A stretch of 64,000 nt of DNA, from assembly GCA_963664395.2 (NCBI GenBank), contig OY761159.2, positions 800,001 to 864,000 on the forward strand, written 5' to 3'. Shown one piece after another: positions 47,609 through 57,922 of this stretch (position 1 is its first letter; each line of letters begins with the position of its first letter). The position numbers were made by a program, and so were the translations under genes. This DNA comes from Candidatus Binatia bacterium (GTDB lineage Bacteria; Desulfobacterota; Binatia; Bin18). Below the pieces are notes generated by a model that was not told where the DNA came from, ran no database searches, and saw nothing but the letters and a program-made list of their open reading frames with translations.

Positions 47609-49008
47609 CCCCACCGCCTCCGATACAAGAACACACTCGTTCCCACCACAAAGATCAGACCAGGCTCTAGGACAACCATGATCCAAAAGAACATCCGCGC
47701 CTGGGCCTGCGTAATATACAGGCTCTGCACTGCGGTCCGCCCTGCGGCGGGCACATCCTCTGCGCGCCCAGTCGCCACCAGTTCCTCCCTGCCTACAAGC
47801 CACCCCACCGTAGTCATAAAAAAATCCATGTTGCCCGGTATCCGAGCATAGAAGTTCGTCACAAAGTCCGAATCTCCTAAAACAACCACTTTCCCCTCTC
47901 CCTCCTCCGCGCCACCAACTGTAGCCACGGCCGCCACGGGCACCGGTCCGCGTGTATCTTCTCCAGCCCGATACTGGAGATCCCCCTGCCTTATCCGCTC
48001 CCGACTGCGCTGGGTCCAGCTGTCCGGGCTGGAAAAGGCAAAGGCTTGAGCCTTTCCCCCCTGTACCTCTACCGGCCGCACCAGCGGCATCAGTACTGGC
48101 CCCTTAAGTTCTCTGGGGAACACCTCTTCGACAGAGTTGGGAATAACCGGCATCAACGGATCTCCCCCAGTCAGCCGGGCTTGCGTGTCCACCACTACGC
48201 CATCCTCTAACACAAAACCAAAACGGGCCAGATGCTGGCAGAGTTCTGGTACTGTGTACGGGTCGATCATAAAAATTGCTCTTCCGCCAGAAGTAAGATA
48301 GGCCGAGAAGGGTTCTAATTCATCAGGCAAGAATTCCTCTCGAGGACCGCCCACCACTACTAAGTGAGCATCCGCGGGTATCTGCGCGTTTCGGTAGAGC
48401 GACAGAGGGAGGACTCGGTAGTTCTCTGTTTCCAGCATCATTTTTAGCAACCCAAACCCCGTCCGCCCCTGTCGGTCCCTGAGGCTTCTCTCCCCATGCC
48501 CAGACACAAAGTAGACGGTTTTGACCGGCTGGCTTAAGCGCAAAAGAGCATTCAGAACCTCCGGCTGAGCAGTGTTAGAGAGAATGATCCGGTCCCCTTT
48601 GGTCTCCACAACCGCCTCCCCATAGTGGGAGACTTCATACTCCTGCGCCAGTCCCGGCGTCCGATCGAGATCAAACAGCCGGTAGCTGAAAAGAGGATTC
48701 TCTTGAGCCATCAGACTCAAAAGGTCGTCATGCTTGTCCCGCTCCCCCCGCTGGTAGAAGACCGTGATCCGCATCTCTCGGTCCAGGGCCTGCACCACCT
48801 TTTGCATCAGGGGCGAGAGACTGTATTCCTTGGTCGGGGTGAGGTCAAAGCGCAGGTTTGTACGCTCCGAAAGGGTAATTAACAAAACGGCAATAACAAG
48901 GATGAGAACGATTTCCACCCCAAGAAGGCAGGAACGCCTGACAGACTCACGGCCAAGCCCCTCGGAAAGATAGGCCAAGCCCCTCGGGTATACTCTTAGC
49001 ATAGTCAT
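47605..49008 (-). CDS. GldG-like ABC transporter auxiliary component
   Basis: RFDLTPTKEYSLS, VYFVSGHGE, VVVLGDSDF, C-terminal TM. Confidence 0.88.
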   Translation of the reverse strand: MTMLRVYPRGLAYLSEGLGRESVRRSCLLGVEIVLILVIAVLLITLSERTNLRFDLTPTKEYSLSPLMQKVVQALDREMRITVFYQRGERDKHDDLLSLMAQENPLFSYRLFDLDRTPGLAQEYEVSHYGEAVVETKGDRIILSNTAQPEVLNALLRLSQPVKTVYFVSGHGERSLRDRQGRTGFGLLKMMLETENYRVLPLSLYRNAQIPADAHLVVVGGPREEFLPDELEPFSAYLTSGGRAIFMIDPYTVPELCQHLARFGFVLEDGVVVDTQARLTGGDPLMPVIPNSVEEVFPRELKGPVLMPLVRPVEVQGGKAQAFAFSSPDSWTQRSRERIRQGDLQYRAGEDTRGPVPVAAVATVGGAEEGEGKVVVLGDSDFVTNFYARIPGNMDFFMTTVGWLVGREELVATGRAEDVPAAGRTAVQSLYITQAQARMFFWIMVVLEPGLIFVVGTSVFLYRRRWG

Positions 49009-49047
49009 CCTTAATAGCAGGTGTTTGAGTAGACCCAGCTCAACGAC

Positions 49048-49791
49048 TCACCGCATCCCCCTCCACTTCCGTGACTCAAGCGACTGCACGGTGAAATAGA
49101 GAAACACCAGCGTCATCATCACAAAGAACGTCATGTCATTGGTGTTGATCACGCCTTTGGAAAAATCCTCAAAACGGTCAAACAACGACAGGCGGCTCAC
49201 GACCGCAATCAGCTCGGGTCCGAACGCCTCCTCGTTCCAGTTGACAAACCAGAGCAAAACCAGCACACCATAGGTGGAAAAGGCGCTCACCACCTGGTTT
49301 TCTGTCAGTGAAGAGAGAAAGGTCCCACAGGCAATAAACGCCGCGCTCAAAAGCAGCACTCCCAGATATCCCACCAGTGGCGGCCCCCAGGCAAGCGGAT
49401 AGACTGAGGCCAGTAGTAGCGGATAGACGAGGGTGCAGGCAACCATTATCCCAAAGATAAAAAAGCAACTAAGAAATTTTCCAAGGATGATAGAGGAGTC
49501 CCTGAGCGGATAGGTCCCCAGCAGCTCGATGGTCCCCAGCTTCTTTTCCTCAGCAAAAAGCCGCATAGTTAGCAGCGGAATAATGAGCAGAGTCACAAAG
49601 CGTAAGTCCAGGAAATAAAACTGCCAAAGCGTCGAGGTAGTACTCGAAAAGGTGCCAAAGAGGTCAGAAAAGATCAGGTCAGTATAAAAAAAATACCCGG
49701 ACAGCACAAGAAATGCCGCCGTGAGGGCATACGCGAGAAAGGACCCAAAGTAGACAAGGAGCTCCTTTTTGAAAACACACCACCACTTCAT
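49048..49791 (-). CDS. ABC-2 permease, GldF-like
   Basis: KKELLVYFGS, PLLTMRLFAEEKKLGTIELL, SSLTENQVV. Confidence 0.9.
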   Translation of the reverse strand: MKWWCVFKKELLVYFGSFLAYALTAAFLVLSGYFFYTDLIFSDLFGTFSSTTSTLWQFYFLDLRFVTLLIIPLLTMRLFAEEKKLGTIELLGTYPLRDSSIILGKFLSCFFIFGIMVACTLVYPLLLASVYPLAWGPPLVGYLGVLLLSAAFIACGTFLSSLTENQVVSAFSTYGVLVLLWFVNWNEEAFGPELIAVVSRLSLFDRFEDFSKGVINTNDMTFFVMMTLVFLYFTVQSLESRKWRGMR

Positions 49792-49835
49792 GCCAACTCC
49801 TCCCATCGACTAGAAATTGGCCGCCTTGTCCAACT

Positions 49836-50810
49836 TCACTCTGCTCGGCCTCCGTCTGATTCATGGATTAGTTTCAGATACAGGTCCTCCAGCGTGGGCT
49901 CCAAACGGCGCATCTCGATCAGTCCCCAGCCGTGTTGCAGAACCGTCCGACTCACCTCCCGACCGATTTCCGCCCCATCATATTCCAGGACCAACGACGC
50001 CGTTTTTCGTTCTTCTTGGTCTCTGCCTCCTATCCTCTGACTTTCATCTTTCTCCACCCGTATCACGCCTGGCAGCTGGGAGAACATATTCATCGCCTCA
50101 TCCCTTGGCCCATCAACTTCCACCCGTATCCGGCGGGTACTCTCGAGCTGGGCCTGTAATGCATCCAGCGGCTCTGACGCCAGAATCCGACCGCGGTTGA
50201 TGAGGATGACACGGTCACACACCGTGCTCACCTCAGGCAAGATATGGGTGGATAGGATAACGGTTCGCTCTTCTCCCAGCTCCCGGATCAGATGACGGAT
50301 CTCGACGACTTGCTCTGGGTCCAAACCGATCGTGGGCTCGTCTAAAATCAAGACCTCAGGCTCGTGGATCAGCGTCTGGGCGATACCCACCCGCTGGCGA
50401 AAGCCCTTGGAAAGATGGCCGATAATGCGGTTTTGCACGTCTTGTAAACCACAGTTCTCAATAACCCGCTCAACTTCTTTTGTCCGTCGCCCTCGTGGGA
50501 CATCCTTGGCTTCAGCCGCAAAACGGAGAAAGGCCCGCACCGATAGGTCCAGATAGACCGACGCCTTTTCTGGGAAATACCCAAGCATCCGTCTCACCTC
50601 AAGTGAATGAGAAATGACATCATACCCTCCGACCCTGACTTTTCCAGACATGGGTGGAAAGAAGCAAGCCAGAATGCGCATCACCGTGCTCTTACCAGCG
50701 CCATTCGGGCCAAGAAAACCGACCACCTCACCCCGGGCCACCTGAAAAGAAGCCTGATCAACAGCAAGAACAGACCCGAAACGCTTGCTGACGTTATCAA
50801 CCTCAATCAT
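49836..50810 (-). CDS. ABC transporter ATP-binding protein, GldA-like
   Basis: GPNGAGKST, LSKGFRQR, LILDEPT, STHIL. Confidence 0.93.
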   Translation of the reverse strand: MIEVDNVSKRFGSVLAVDQASFQVARGEVVGFLGPNGAGKSTVMRILACFFPPMSGKVRVGGYDVISHSLEVRRMLGYFPEKASVYLDLSVRAFLRFAAEAKDVPRGRRTKEVERVIENCGLQDVQNRIIGHLSKGFRQRVGIAQTLIHEPEVLILDEPTIGLDPEQVVEIRHLIRELGEERTVILSTHILPEVSTVCDRVILINRGRILASEPLDALQAQLESTRRIRVEVDGPRDEAMNMFSQLPGVIRVEKDESQRIGGRDQEERKTASLVLEYDGAEIGREVSRTVLQHGWGLIEMRRLEPTLEDLYLKLIHESDGGRAE

Positions 50811-50947
50811 AATTCCCCTATGATGCAGCGCTAACATGCCTAATACAAGAGAGGGAGGCTTCTCTTCCTTACTCCAGGCAGAAAATGAGGGTACGTCACC
50901 CGCGTCATACTCCGTGATAGGGAAAGCGGACGGTTCACTCTATGGAC

Positions 50948-51376
50948 TTACGGCTTCTTCAGATCGTAGGGTAAGCTGTAGGAGTTGTACGCTGCTGGCA
51001 ACTCCAAAGAACGGGCGGCCTGCTGTTGCAACCGCGACAGGTATCCCTTTAACGCCGGTCCGCACTGGGAATCTTGAAGGCAATTCAGATAGATCTGAGG
51101 ATGTTCGGTCATGGTTTTTTGCCAGACCAGTACAAGCTCCTCAGATTCTGACGCAGGAATCACACTTGCCGACGAAGCCGGCGCAGGAGCAGAAGAACGC
51201 GGCCGGGCTACCTGGGCTGGCGTCGATTGGCTCTTGGTTCGTCCTCTGCCGAACGCTCTGCCAATCGTTGCATCGACGAACTCCTGTTGTTGTAGAGGCG
51301 AACAGCCGCCAAGGAGGGTGAGCAGATAAAGACCACTGAGAGAAACAATCGTCCATGCTCTGAATTGTGCTTCCAT
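50948..51376 (-). CDS. Hypothetical lipoprotein
   Basis: Hydrophobic N-terminus with LGGC, Ser/Ala/Pro linker; GGAAAG upstream. Confidence 0.55.
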   Translation of the reverse strand: MEAQFRAWTIVSLSGLYLLTLLGGCSPLQQQEFVDATIGRAFGRGRTKSQSTPAQVARPRSSAPAPASSASVIPASESEELVLVWQKTMTEHPQIYLNCLQDSQCGPALKGYLSRLQQQAARSLELPAAYNSYSLPYDLKKP

Positions 51377-51544
51377 CTTTCTTTCCTATATCAGGGAAAT
51401 GCAATAAGTATCCGAACACCCAAGCATCCATAATAAGCACGATATTGAGTCCAACCACAATAACATTGACACAGAAACTCACCTGAGAGTGTAGTTCTAC
51501 AGTTGACTGAAAGCACCGAGGAATAAGAAGGGCACCTCGTGGCG

Positions 51545-51825
51545 ATGGCCCAGACCGAAAAACCAACTCCCAGCCTCCCTATGAATGGAGCTGCATATTT
51601 GGAAAGCCTGCGGAAGGGTTGGGAGGCGATCGGTAGCGAGTTTGGTGGGTGTCACGAATTGTCCGAACGGAACTACGCCAGCCCTCTAGAAAGTATAAAG
51701 GTTGAGACCTATCTCTCGGCCCAGGTCTCTGGAGACCAGGACTATCTCGCCCAGATGGTAGTAAGGTTGTCTTAGCGACTCCGATTTGAACGGTTGGACA
51801 AAGCCAACGTTGCTGTCACCGATGT
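51545..51825 (+). pseudogene. Relic of a 4-hydroxyphenylacetate 3-monooxygenase large subunit (HpaB-like)
   Basis: N-terminal PMNGAAYLESLR fused to C-terminal GWEAIGSEFGG.HEL.ERNYA, then CLSDSDLNGWTKP in another frame. Confidence 0.75.
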
Positions 51826-51979
51826 GGCGAAATGGGGGGGAATGGGCAGAAGAGACATAGGGACGGGATCACCTCGCCCCTACAGGCTACTTTTTCATCG
51901 ATTCTTCAAATGACTTGACTTGTTTCTTAGCCACCCGGTCACGCAATCTCAACAGAACGAGCCGCATCCTCAGCCGCTA

Positions 51980-52712
51980 GGGTCAGGACTCATAACCAAT
52001 AGATGACGAGGGCGGCGAGCGCGACAGAGGCAAGGTAGTTGTGGGCGAGTTTATCGTAGCGGGTGGCGACGCGGCGCCAGTCCTTAAGGCGGCAGAAAGT
52101 GCGTTCGATGACATTCCGGGTCCGATAAGCGATTTTGTCAAAGGGATGTTTGCGCTTGCGGGGCGGGTTGTTAGGGATGACCGTGGCAGCCGCGGCGCCG
52201 CAGCCAAGCGCGGAGCGCATCGCTGTCGTAGGCGGCCGGCTTCATCGACCGCGGCATGGATTTTCGTGGTCCGCCCCCCACGGGACCGCCCAATCGCCTG
52301 CTGCTGCGCCCCCCTTTTCCGCCCGCCGCCGACCGATGCGCCTTGACCGGAGTCGCATCCAGCATCAGCGTCCCGGGCGGGCCGCTGGCCTCCGCAAGCT
52401 CCGTGAACACTTGCTCCCAGACCCCCTTCCGCGCCCAGCGGACGAACCGGTTGTACAGGGTCTTGGACGGCCCATAGACACGCGGCGCATCGCGCCACCG
52501 ACAGCCGCTCTGCAACATCTGGACGATCCCCGAGATCACCCGCCGGTCGTCCACCCGCGGCACCCCGCGCGTGTCCGGCGGCAACAGCGGCTGGAGCCGG
52601 GCGAATTGCGCTTCGGAAAGCCAGAACTGATTGCTCATCGCCTCTTCCCTCCACGGCGGAGAGAGAATCATAACTCCCTGGCCAAGAAAATCCCGTTTAT
52701 GAGTCCTGACCC
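51980..52712 (-). mobile_element. IS5 family element IS-B, internally deleted (copy 2, inverted)
   Basis: Same 16-bp IRs, same 733-bp length, identical ORF translations to copy 1. Confidence 0.92.
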
Positions 52713-52728
52713 TAGGGCGTGTACTCAT

Positions 52729-53730
52729 GGTGGTGTAGCGAGGCGATAGCCAGCGTGGCGGATGTAGTTGGTACATTCGGCGGGAGAGAAGGCTTGGAGG
52801 GTGTGGCCAATCGCGGTCCACAAGTGGGCGACCGTGCGCGGCGGGGCGGCGCGCAGGCAGGCTTTGAGCTTGGCAAAGACTTGCTCGATGGGATTGAAGT
52901 CCGGGCTGTAGGGGGGCAGATAGAGCAGACGCGCCCCGACGGCCTCGATCGCGTGCCGCACGCCCGCGACTTTAGGACAGGCGAGATTGTCCATGACGAC
53001 GCAGTCGCCGGAGTGCAAGGTGGGCGCCAGGACCTGTTCGACATAGGCGACAAAGCAGGGGCCATCGACCGGCCCATCCAAGACCGCCGGGGCGGTGAGG
53101 TGCTGGGCGCGCAGGGCGGCAATGAGGGTGGTCGGTTTCCAGTGGCCGTGGGGGACTTTGGCGCCGAGGCGCGTCCCGCGCCGACTCCGGCCATAGCGCC
53201 GGGTCAGATTCGTCCGCAGGGCCGTCTCGTCCAGGAAGACCAAGCCGTGCCCATCGAGGTGGGCCGCTTGGGCGCGCCAGCGCTGGCGGGCCGCCACGAC
53301 ATCAGGGCGGTCTTGTTCCGCGGCGTGCAGGACTTTTTTTACGGGCAGGCCTAGGCGGCGCACGGCGCGCCACACCGTGGGGACTGACCGGCACGCCCAG
53401 GGCCGCGCGGAGTTCGGCGAGGGTCGCGTCGGGCTGCGCCTCGATCACCGTTGCGAGGTGCTGGAGATACGGCTGGAGGAGCGGCGCGCGATACTGCGTC
53501 CGCTGCTTGGGCGCCACCTGCCCGGTCGCTCGGTAGCGGTGCAGGAGCCGGCGAACCCAGGCGGGACTCACTCGATACTTGCGGGCCACCTCAGCCGTGC
53601 GCAGCCCCGCCACCCGATCGTCTACCACGCGCTCCCGGAGATCCAGCGAATACGCTTGCATACGCCCCCCTTGTCGCTCGCAGCGTACCACGCCCTCCTC
53701 CTATACCCTACACGACAGTGTAAAACGCTC
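52729..53730 (-). mobile_element. IS630 family element, transposase frameshifted, right end altered
   Basis: YSLDLRERVV from ATG 53661, [22 protein letters not shown]; left end TA-GAGCGTTTTACAC; break near 53380. Confidence 0.9.
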
Positions 53731-53781
53731 TAGCCGAGCGCTTTCTGCCGCCGCTTGTGCCTGAGCGACTGCCGCCTGGGC

Positions 53782-54135
53782 CTACTCGGGCTCGACGGGC
53801 TGCATTGGAATCAGCCGGGGCGCTGCTTCGGTCAGCACCGGAGCAGGCATCTCCCGTAGCTGTTCATTAAAATCAAAGGCTGGTCGCTGGTCATGACCAA
53901 ACACGGACCTGAGCACAGGCTGCGCCATTAGCCCGTGTAACGGCCGTGCGATGAGCCACTCGAGCGCGTAGCCGACCGCGTGGACCGGGTAGGCGGCAAT
54001 GCGGAGCGGGTGCGTGTCTTCATAGTCGTCATACTCGTCATCGGCGACTGCGAGAGGAGCCGCGATAAACAGAGCGACGAGAGCGGCGACCACGTGTTTC
54101 TTCCACAGCATGAGAGGTTTCCTCCTCTTTCTCAT
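53782..54135 (-). CDS. Hypothetical exported protein
   Basis: Signal peptide, acidic stretch, HPLRIAAYPVHAVG..LEWLIARP. Confidence 0.65.
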   Translation of the reverse strand: MRKRRKPLMLWKKHVVAALVALFIAAPLAVADDEYDDYEDTHPLRIAAYPVHAVGYALEWLIARPLHGLMAQPVLRSVFGHDQRPAFDFNEQLREMPAPVLTEAAPRLIPMQPVEPE

Positions 54136-54168
54136 TGCTTCTTCCGTATTTTTTTCGTTCTTTCCACC

Positions 54169-54342
54169 CTACTCCTCCGGGATTGAGCGCTCAACCTCTT
54201 GGCGCGTCGCGCGTCGCGCAGCAGGACGACGATACTTCTTCTCGTCCTCCTGACGGCGTGCTGGGGGCGGGAGTTCTTTTCGCACCCGGCGCAGCGCGTC
54301 AAGCGTAGACACGGAAGTGGGTTTCTTTTTCTTTTGGGCCAA
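54169..54342 (-). CDS. Small basic protein, 57 aa (below ORF-track cutoff)
   Basis: AGGAG 7 nt before TTG; MAQKKKKPTSVSTLDALRRVRKELPPPARRQEDEKKYRRPAARRATRQEVERSIPEE*. Confidence 0.6.
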   Translation of the reverse strand: MAQKKKKPTSVSTLDALRRVRKELPPPARRQEDEKKYRRPAARRATRQEVERSIPEE

Positions 54343-54351
54343 CGAATGCTC

Positions 54352-55335
54352 CTAGAACTCTTTCTTCCTCACTATCCGAGCTGCATCCTTTGCAAAATAC
54401 GTCAGAATAAGGTCTGCCCCAGCTCGCTTGATACTGGTCAAAGCTTCAAGCATGACCCGCTCTTCATCCAGCCAGCCGTTCAGAGCTGCGGCTTTGAGCA
54501 TAGCGTATTCACCACTCACGTTATAGGCAGCGAGCGGGTAGTCGAAGTGCTCTTTGACTCGGCGGATCACATCTAAATACGGCAACGCGGGTTTGACCAT
54601 CACAATGTCCGCCCCTTCTTCAATATCAAGGGCCACTTCCCGGAGGGCTTCATCTCCATTGGCCGGGTCCATCTGATAGGACCGCCGGTCACCAAACTGA
54701 GGCGTGGACTCCGCCGCCTCACGAAAAGGGCCGTAGAAGCCGGACGCAAATTTAGCCGAATAGGCCATAATCGGAATATGCGGAAAGCCTTCCTGGTCGA
54801 GCGCGTGGCGAATCGCGCCAACCCGACCGTCCATCATGTCAGACGGTGCCAGCAGGTCCGCTCCGGCCCGCGCGTGCGAGAGCGACTCTTTCACCAGGAG
54901 CTCAAGTGTTGCGTCGTTATCGACATCCTGGCCTTTGATAACACCACAATGCCCATGGTCGGTGTACTCGCACAAGCAGACATCTGTGAGCAGCGTCAGT
55001 CCGGGCACTTCTTCTTTGAGTGCCCGCAAGGCGCGTTGGATGATGCCGTCATCGTTATAGGCATCAGATCCAACCGCGTCTTTTTCATCCGGGATACCAA
55101 ATAAGATCACACCGGGAATCCCAAGGTCTCGAATCTGCTTACACTCTTCTACCGCCCGATCAACCGAGAGTTGTGCAATGCCGGGCATCGACCCAATCGG
55201 GTTTTCCACCCTCGCACCGGGCACGATGAACAACGGCATAATCAGGTCATCGACCCGCAGATGCGTTTCTCTCACCATCCGACGGAAGGTCTCATTGCGT
55301 CGAAGGCGGCGTGGCCTGTGAATGGGAAAAGACAT
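54352..55335 (-). CDS. hemB: Porphobilinogen synthase (Zn-type)
   Basis: [39 protein letters not shown]. Confidence 0.97.
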   Translation of the reverse strand: MSFPIHRPRRLRRNETFRRMVRETHLRVDDLIMPLFIVPGARVENPIGSMPGIAQLSVDRAVEECKQIRDLGIPGVILFGIPDEKDAVGSDAYNDDGIIQRALRALKEEVPGLTLLTDVCLCEYTDHGHCGVIKGQDVDNDATLELLVKESLSHARAGADLLAPSDMMDGRVGAIRHALDQEGFPHIPIMAYSAKFASGFYGPFREAAESTPQFGDRRSYQMDPANGDEALREVALDIEEGADIVMVKPALPYLDVIRRVKEHFDYPLAAYNVSGEYAMLKAAALNGWLDEERVMLEALTSIKRAGADLILTYFAKDAARIVRKKEF

Positions 55336-55363
55336 GGCGTGAGACTCCAATCAGCTTAATAAC

Positions 55364-56908
55364 TTAAGGTGTCGTTCTATCATTCTCTTGATGAAAATAT
55401 TCAACGATGGCCTCGGCAAAGGCCGGAATCGTATAGGAATACGGCTGGACCGCCACAGTCAAGCCGTATTCCTGGGCAGTCGCGGCAGTGATCGGTCCAA
55501 TACACCCAACGTGGGTATCACCGAGTGCGGCGGCAATATCTTCTCCAGAGAAGCAATCCATAAAGTTCCGGACTGTGCTGGAACTGGTAAAAGTCAGCAG
55601 ATCGACCTGCCCGGCGCCCAGCATATCACGTAGCAGCTCGTCTCGATTCCGGGGCCAGCGGGGTCGGATTGTACGATAGGTTGCGATCTCGTCAACTTGG
55701 GCGCCGTGCGCGCGCAGTTCTTGGGGTAAAATGGCACGCGCCTCGGCCGCACGGGGCAATAAGATGCGCTGCGCCTTTTCTGCTTTGAGCATCTCTATGA
55801 GCGCTTCCGCTTTATATTCTTGCGGCATGGCATCAACCCGAAGAGAGCGGGCCTGTATCGAACGTGCGGTTTCCGGCCCAATAGCCGCAATCCGAATATC
55901 TCCCAGGCTGCGGATGTCCAGTTGCCGCGCGTGTAGGCGATCAAAGAAATAGCGTACGCCGTTCACACTCGTAAAGATGAGCCAGTCGTAGCTTGCCAAG
56001 GCATCCAGTGCGGCATCCAGTGCGGTAGAGGAATCCATCGGAACCGTTTCGATCAGAGGGAAACGAAAGACCTCCGCCCCGTGCTGTTCAAGCATGTCGG
56101 CAAAACGGCTCGCCTGCGTCCGAGGACGGGTAATCACAATGCGTTTCCCAAAGAGCGGTTTTGATTCAAACCATTGCAGGCGTTCGCGGAGTCGGACGAC
56201 GTCGCCAACGACAATCACCGCGGGGGGTTCAAAGCCTCGCTCGGCTGCCCGGTCGGTAATGCTCCCAACCGTTCCGGTGAGCACTTCCTGGTCAGCCTTC
56301 GTCCCCCACCGGATCAGCGCAATCGGGGTCCCGGCCGGCAGGCCAAAATCCATGAGGCGTTGCATATTGTTGCGCAGTTGCCGTGTGCCCATCAGGAAGA
56401 CCAGGGTTCCGCCCACTCCAGCCAAGGTTGCCCAATTCAGGTGGGGCGCGGTTTCCCACACCTCTTTATGCCCGGAAACAATCGCAACCGCAGAGGCATG
56501 ATCGCGGTGGGTCAAAGGAATGCCGGCATAGGCAGGGACAGCAATGGCCGACGTGACACCGGGAACAATTTCAAACGGAATATTGGCGGCCACCAGTTCC
56601 TCCGCTTCTTCACCGCCTCTGCCAAATAGAACAGGATCACCACCCTTGAGCCGGGTGACGACGTTGCCGTGTGAGGCATGCTCACACATGAGTTCGTTAA
56701 TGGTCTTCTGCGGAACAGCCCGGCCCCCACCCTGTTTCCCGGCATAGATCAACGTTGCGTCAGGCTGGACATAATCAAGCAGACGGACATCGACCAGATA
56801 GTCGTAGATCACGACATCAGCCTCTTCAAGGCAGCGTTTGCCTTTGAGGGTCAGCAGTCCGGGATCACCCGGCCCCGCTCCAACCAAATACACTTTCCCA
56901 GTCGGCAT
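55364..56908 (-). CDS. cobA: Uroporphyrinogen-III C-methyltransferase / synthase fusion (CobA-HemD)
   Basis: [26 protein letters not shown], then [23 protein letters not shown]. Confidence 0.95.
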   Translation of the reverse strand: MPTGKVYLVGAGPGDPGLLTLKGKRCLEEADVVIYDYLVDVRLLDYVQPDATLIYAGKQGGGRAVPQKTINELMCEHASHGNVVTRLKGGDPVLFGRGGEEAEELVAANIPFEIVPGVTSAIAVPAYAGIPLTHRDHASAVAIVSGHKEVWETAPHLNWATLAGVGGTLVFLMGTRQLRNNMQRLMDFGLPAGTPIALIRWGTKADQEVLTGTVGSITDRAAERGFEPPAVIVVGDVVRLRERLQWFESKPLFGKRIVITRPRTQASRFADMLEQHGAEVFRFPLIETVPMDSSTALDAALDALASYDWLIFTSVNGVRYFFDRLHARQLDIRSLGDIRIAAIGPETARSIQARSLRVDAMPQEYKAEALIEMLKAEKAQRILLPRAAEARAILPQELRAHGAQVDEIATYRTIRPRWPRNRDELLRDMLGAGQVDLLTFTSSSTVRNFMDCFSGEDIAAALGDTHVGCIGPITAATAQEYGLTVAVQPYSYTIPAFAEAIVEYFHQENDRTTP

Positions 56909-56980
56909 ACTACGTACAAGCCCTTCAGTCTTCCTGAATGAGTAAACGTGCCAACATGTGCATGTCTGTTGAGGGCACGT

Positions 56981-57904
56981 TTACTCATTCTCCAACCGAG
57001 CTAATATCTCTTGCCCGCCTTGGGCCAACAAACGCTCAGCAAGCCTGACCCCGAGCTGCGCGGCAGTTTCGGGTGGACCGTATTCGTGCCCACGCAGCAC
57101 GATTTGCCCGTTGGGACTGGCAATCAGTGCCGAAAGCGTGACGTCCTCCGCTCGAACAGTGGCCTTTGCCGCGAGTGGCGTTCGACAACTGCCGCCCATC
57201 CGACATAAGAATGCTCGCTCAGCCGTGACTGCCAGCGCGGTTTCAACATGATGGAGTGGCTGGAGAAATTCTTCAATAGCGGCTTCGGCGCGCGTTTCAA
57301 TGCCGAGCGCCCCCTGTCCGATAGCCGGCAAAAAGATGTGCTCATCCAGGATATGGCTCTGCGCAGGCATGAGACCAAGTCGCTTTAAGCCAGCGGCGGC
57401 CAGAATCGTCGCATCAACCCTCCCCTCGCGCTGTTTGCGCAAACGTGTCTCCACATTGCCGCGCAGCATTTCGACGCGCAGACCGGGCCGAAGATGGAGC
57501 ACTAAGGCCTGACGGCGCAGGCTACTCGTCCCAACTCGGGTGCCCTCAGGCAGCTCATCCAGCGTTTCCCCATTGTCCGTGATCAGGACATCCCGCGGAT
57601 CTTCCCGCTGCGGAATAACACTCAGTGTGAGTCCCGGGGGCAATGCGGCCGGCATATCTTTGACCGAGTGGACCGCCAGATCAACTCGTCCTGCCAGGAG
57701 CGCCTCTTCAATTTCCTTCACAAACAGTCCTTTGCCTCCAATACGGGACAAAGAGATATGTTGGAGCGTATCACCGGACGTTTTGATTGGAACCAGCGCA
57801 ACACTGAGGGCCGGCCAATGCTGTTCCAAGCGGTCTTTCACCCACTGCGCCTGCCACAGCGCAAGGGGGCTGCTTCTCGTTCCGATGCGGATGATTGTGT
57901 GCAT
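56981..57904 (-). CDS. hemC: Hydroxymethylbilane synthase
   Basis: GTRSSPLALWQA, GKGLFVKE, VHSVKD, GTSSLRR, GGSCRTP. Confidence 0.97.
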   Translation of the reverse strand: MHTIIRIGTRSSPLALWQAQWVKDRLEQHWPALSVALVPIKTSGDTLQHISLSRIGGKGLFVKEIEEALLAGRVDLAVHSVKDMPAALPPGLTLSVIPQREDPRDVLITDNGETLDELPEGTRVGTSSLRRQALVLHLRPGLRVEMLRGNVETRLRKQREGRVDATILAAAGLKRLGLMPAQSHILDEHIFLPAIGQGALGIETRAEAAIEEFLQPLHHVETALAVTAERAFLCRMGGSCRTPLAAKATVRAEDVTLSALIASPNGQIVLRGHEYGPPETAAQLGVRLAERLLAQGGQEILARLENE

Positions 57905-57922
57905 AGCCTGCGAGTGGGCTGC

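Noticed and set aside
47605-50810. Gliding motility system
   Set aside because: GldA/F/G-like ABC modules are widespread outside Bacteroidota, and no other gld/spr genes are present
31505-52712. A proven composite transposon
   Set aside because: TA flanks are uninformative and the left empty site reconstructs a plausible GNAT end continuous with the cargo, so independent insertions explain it equally well; kept only as a hypothesis
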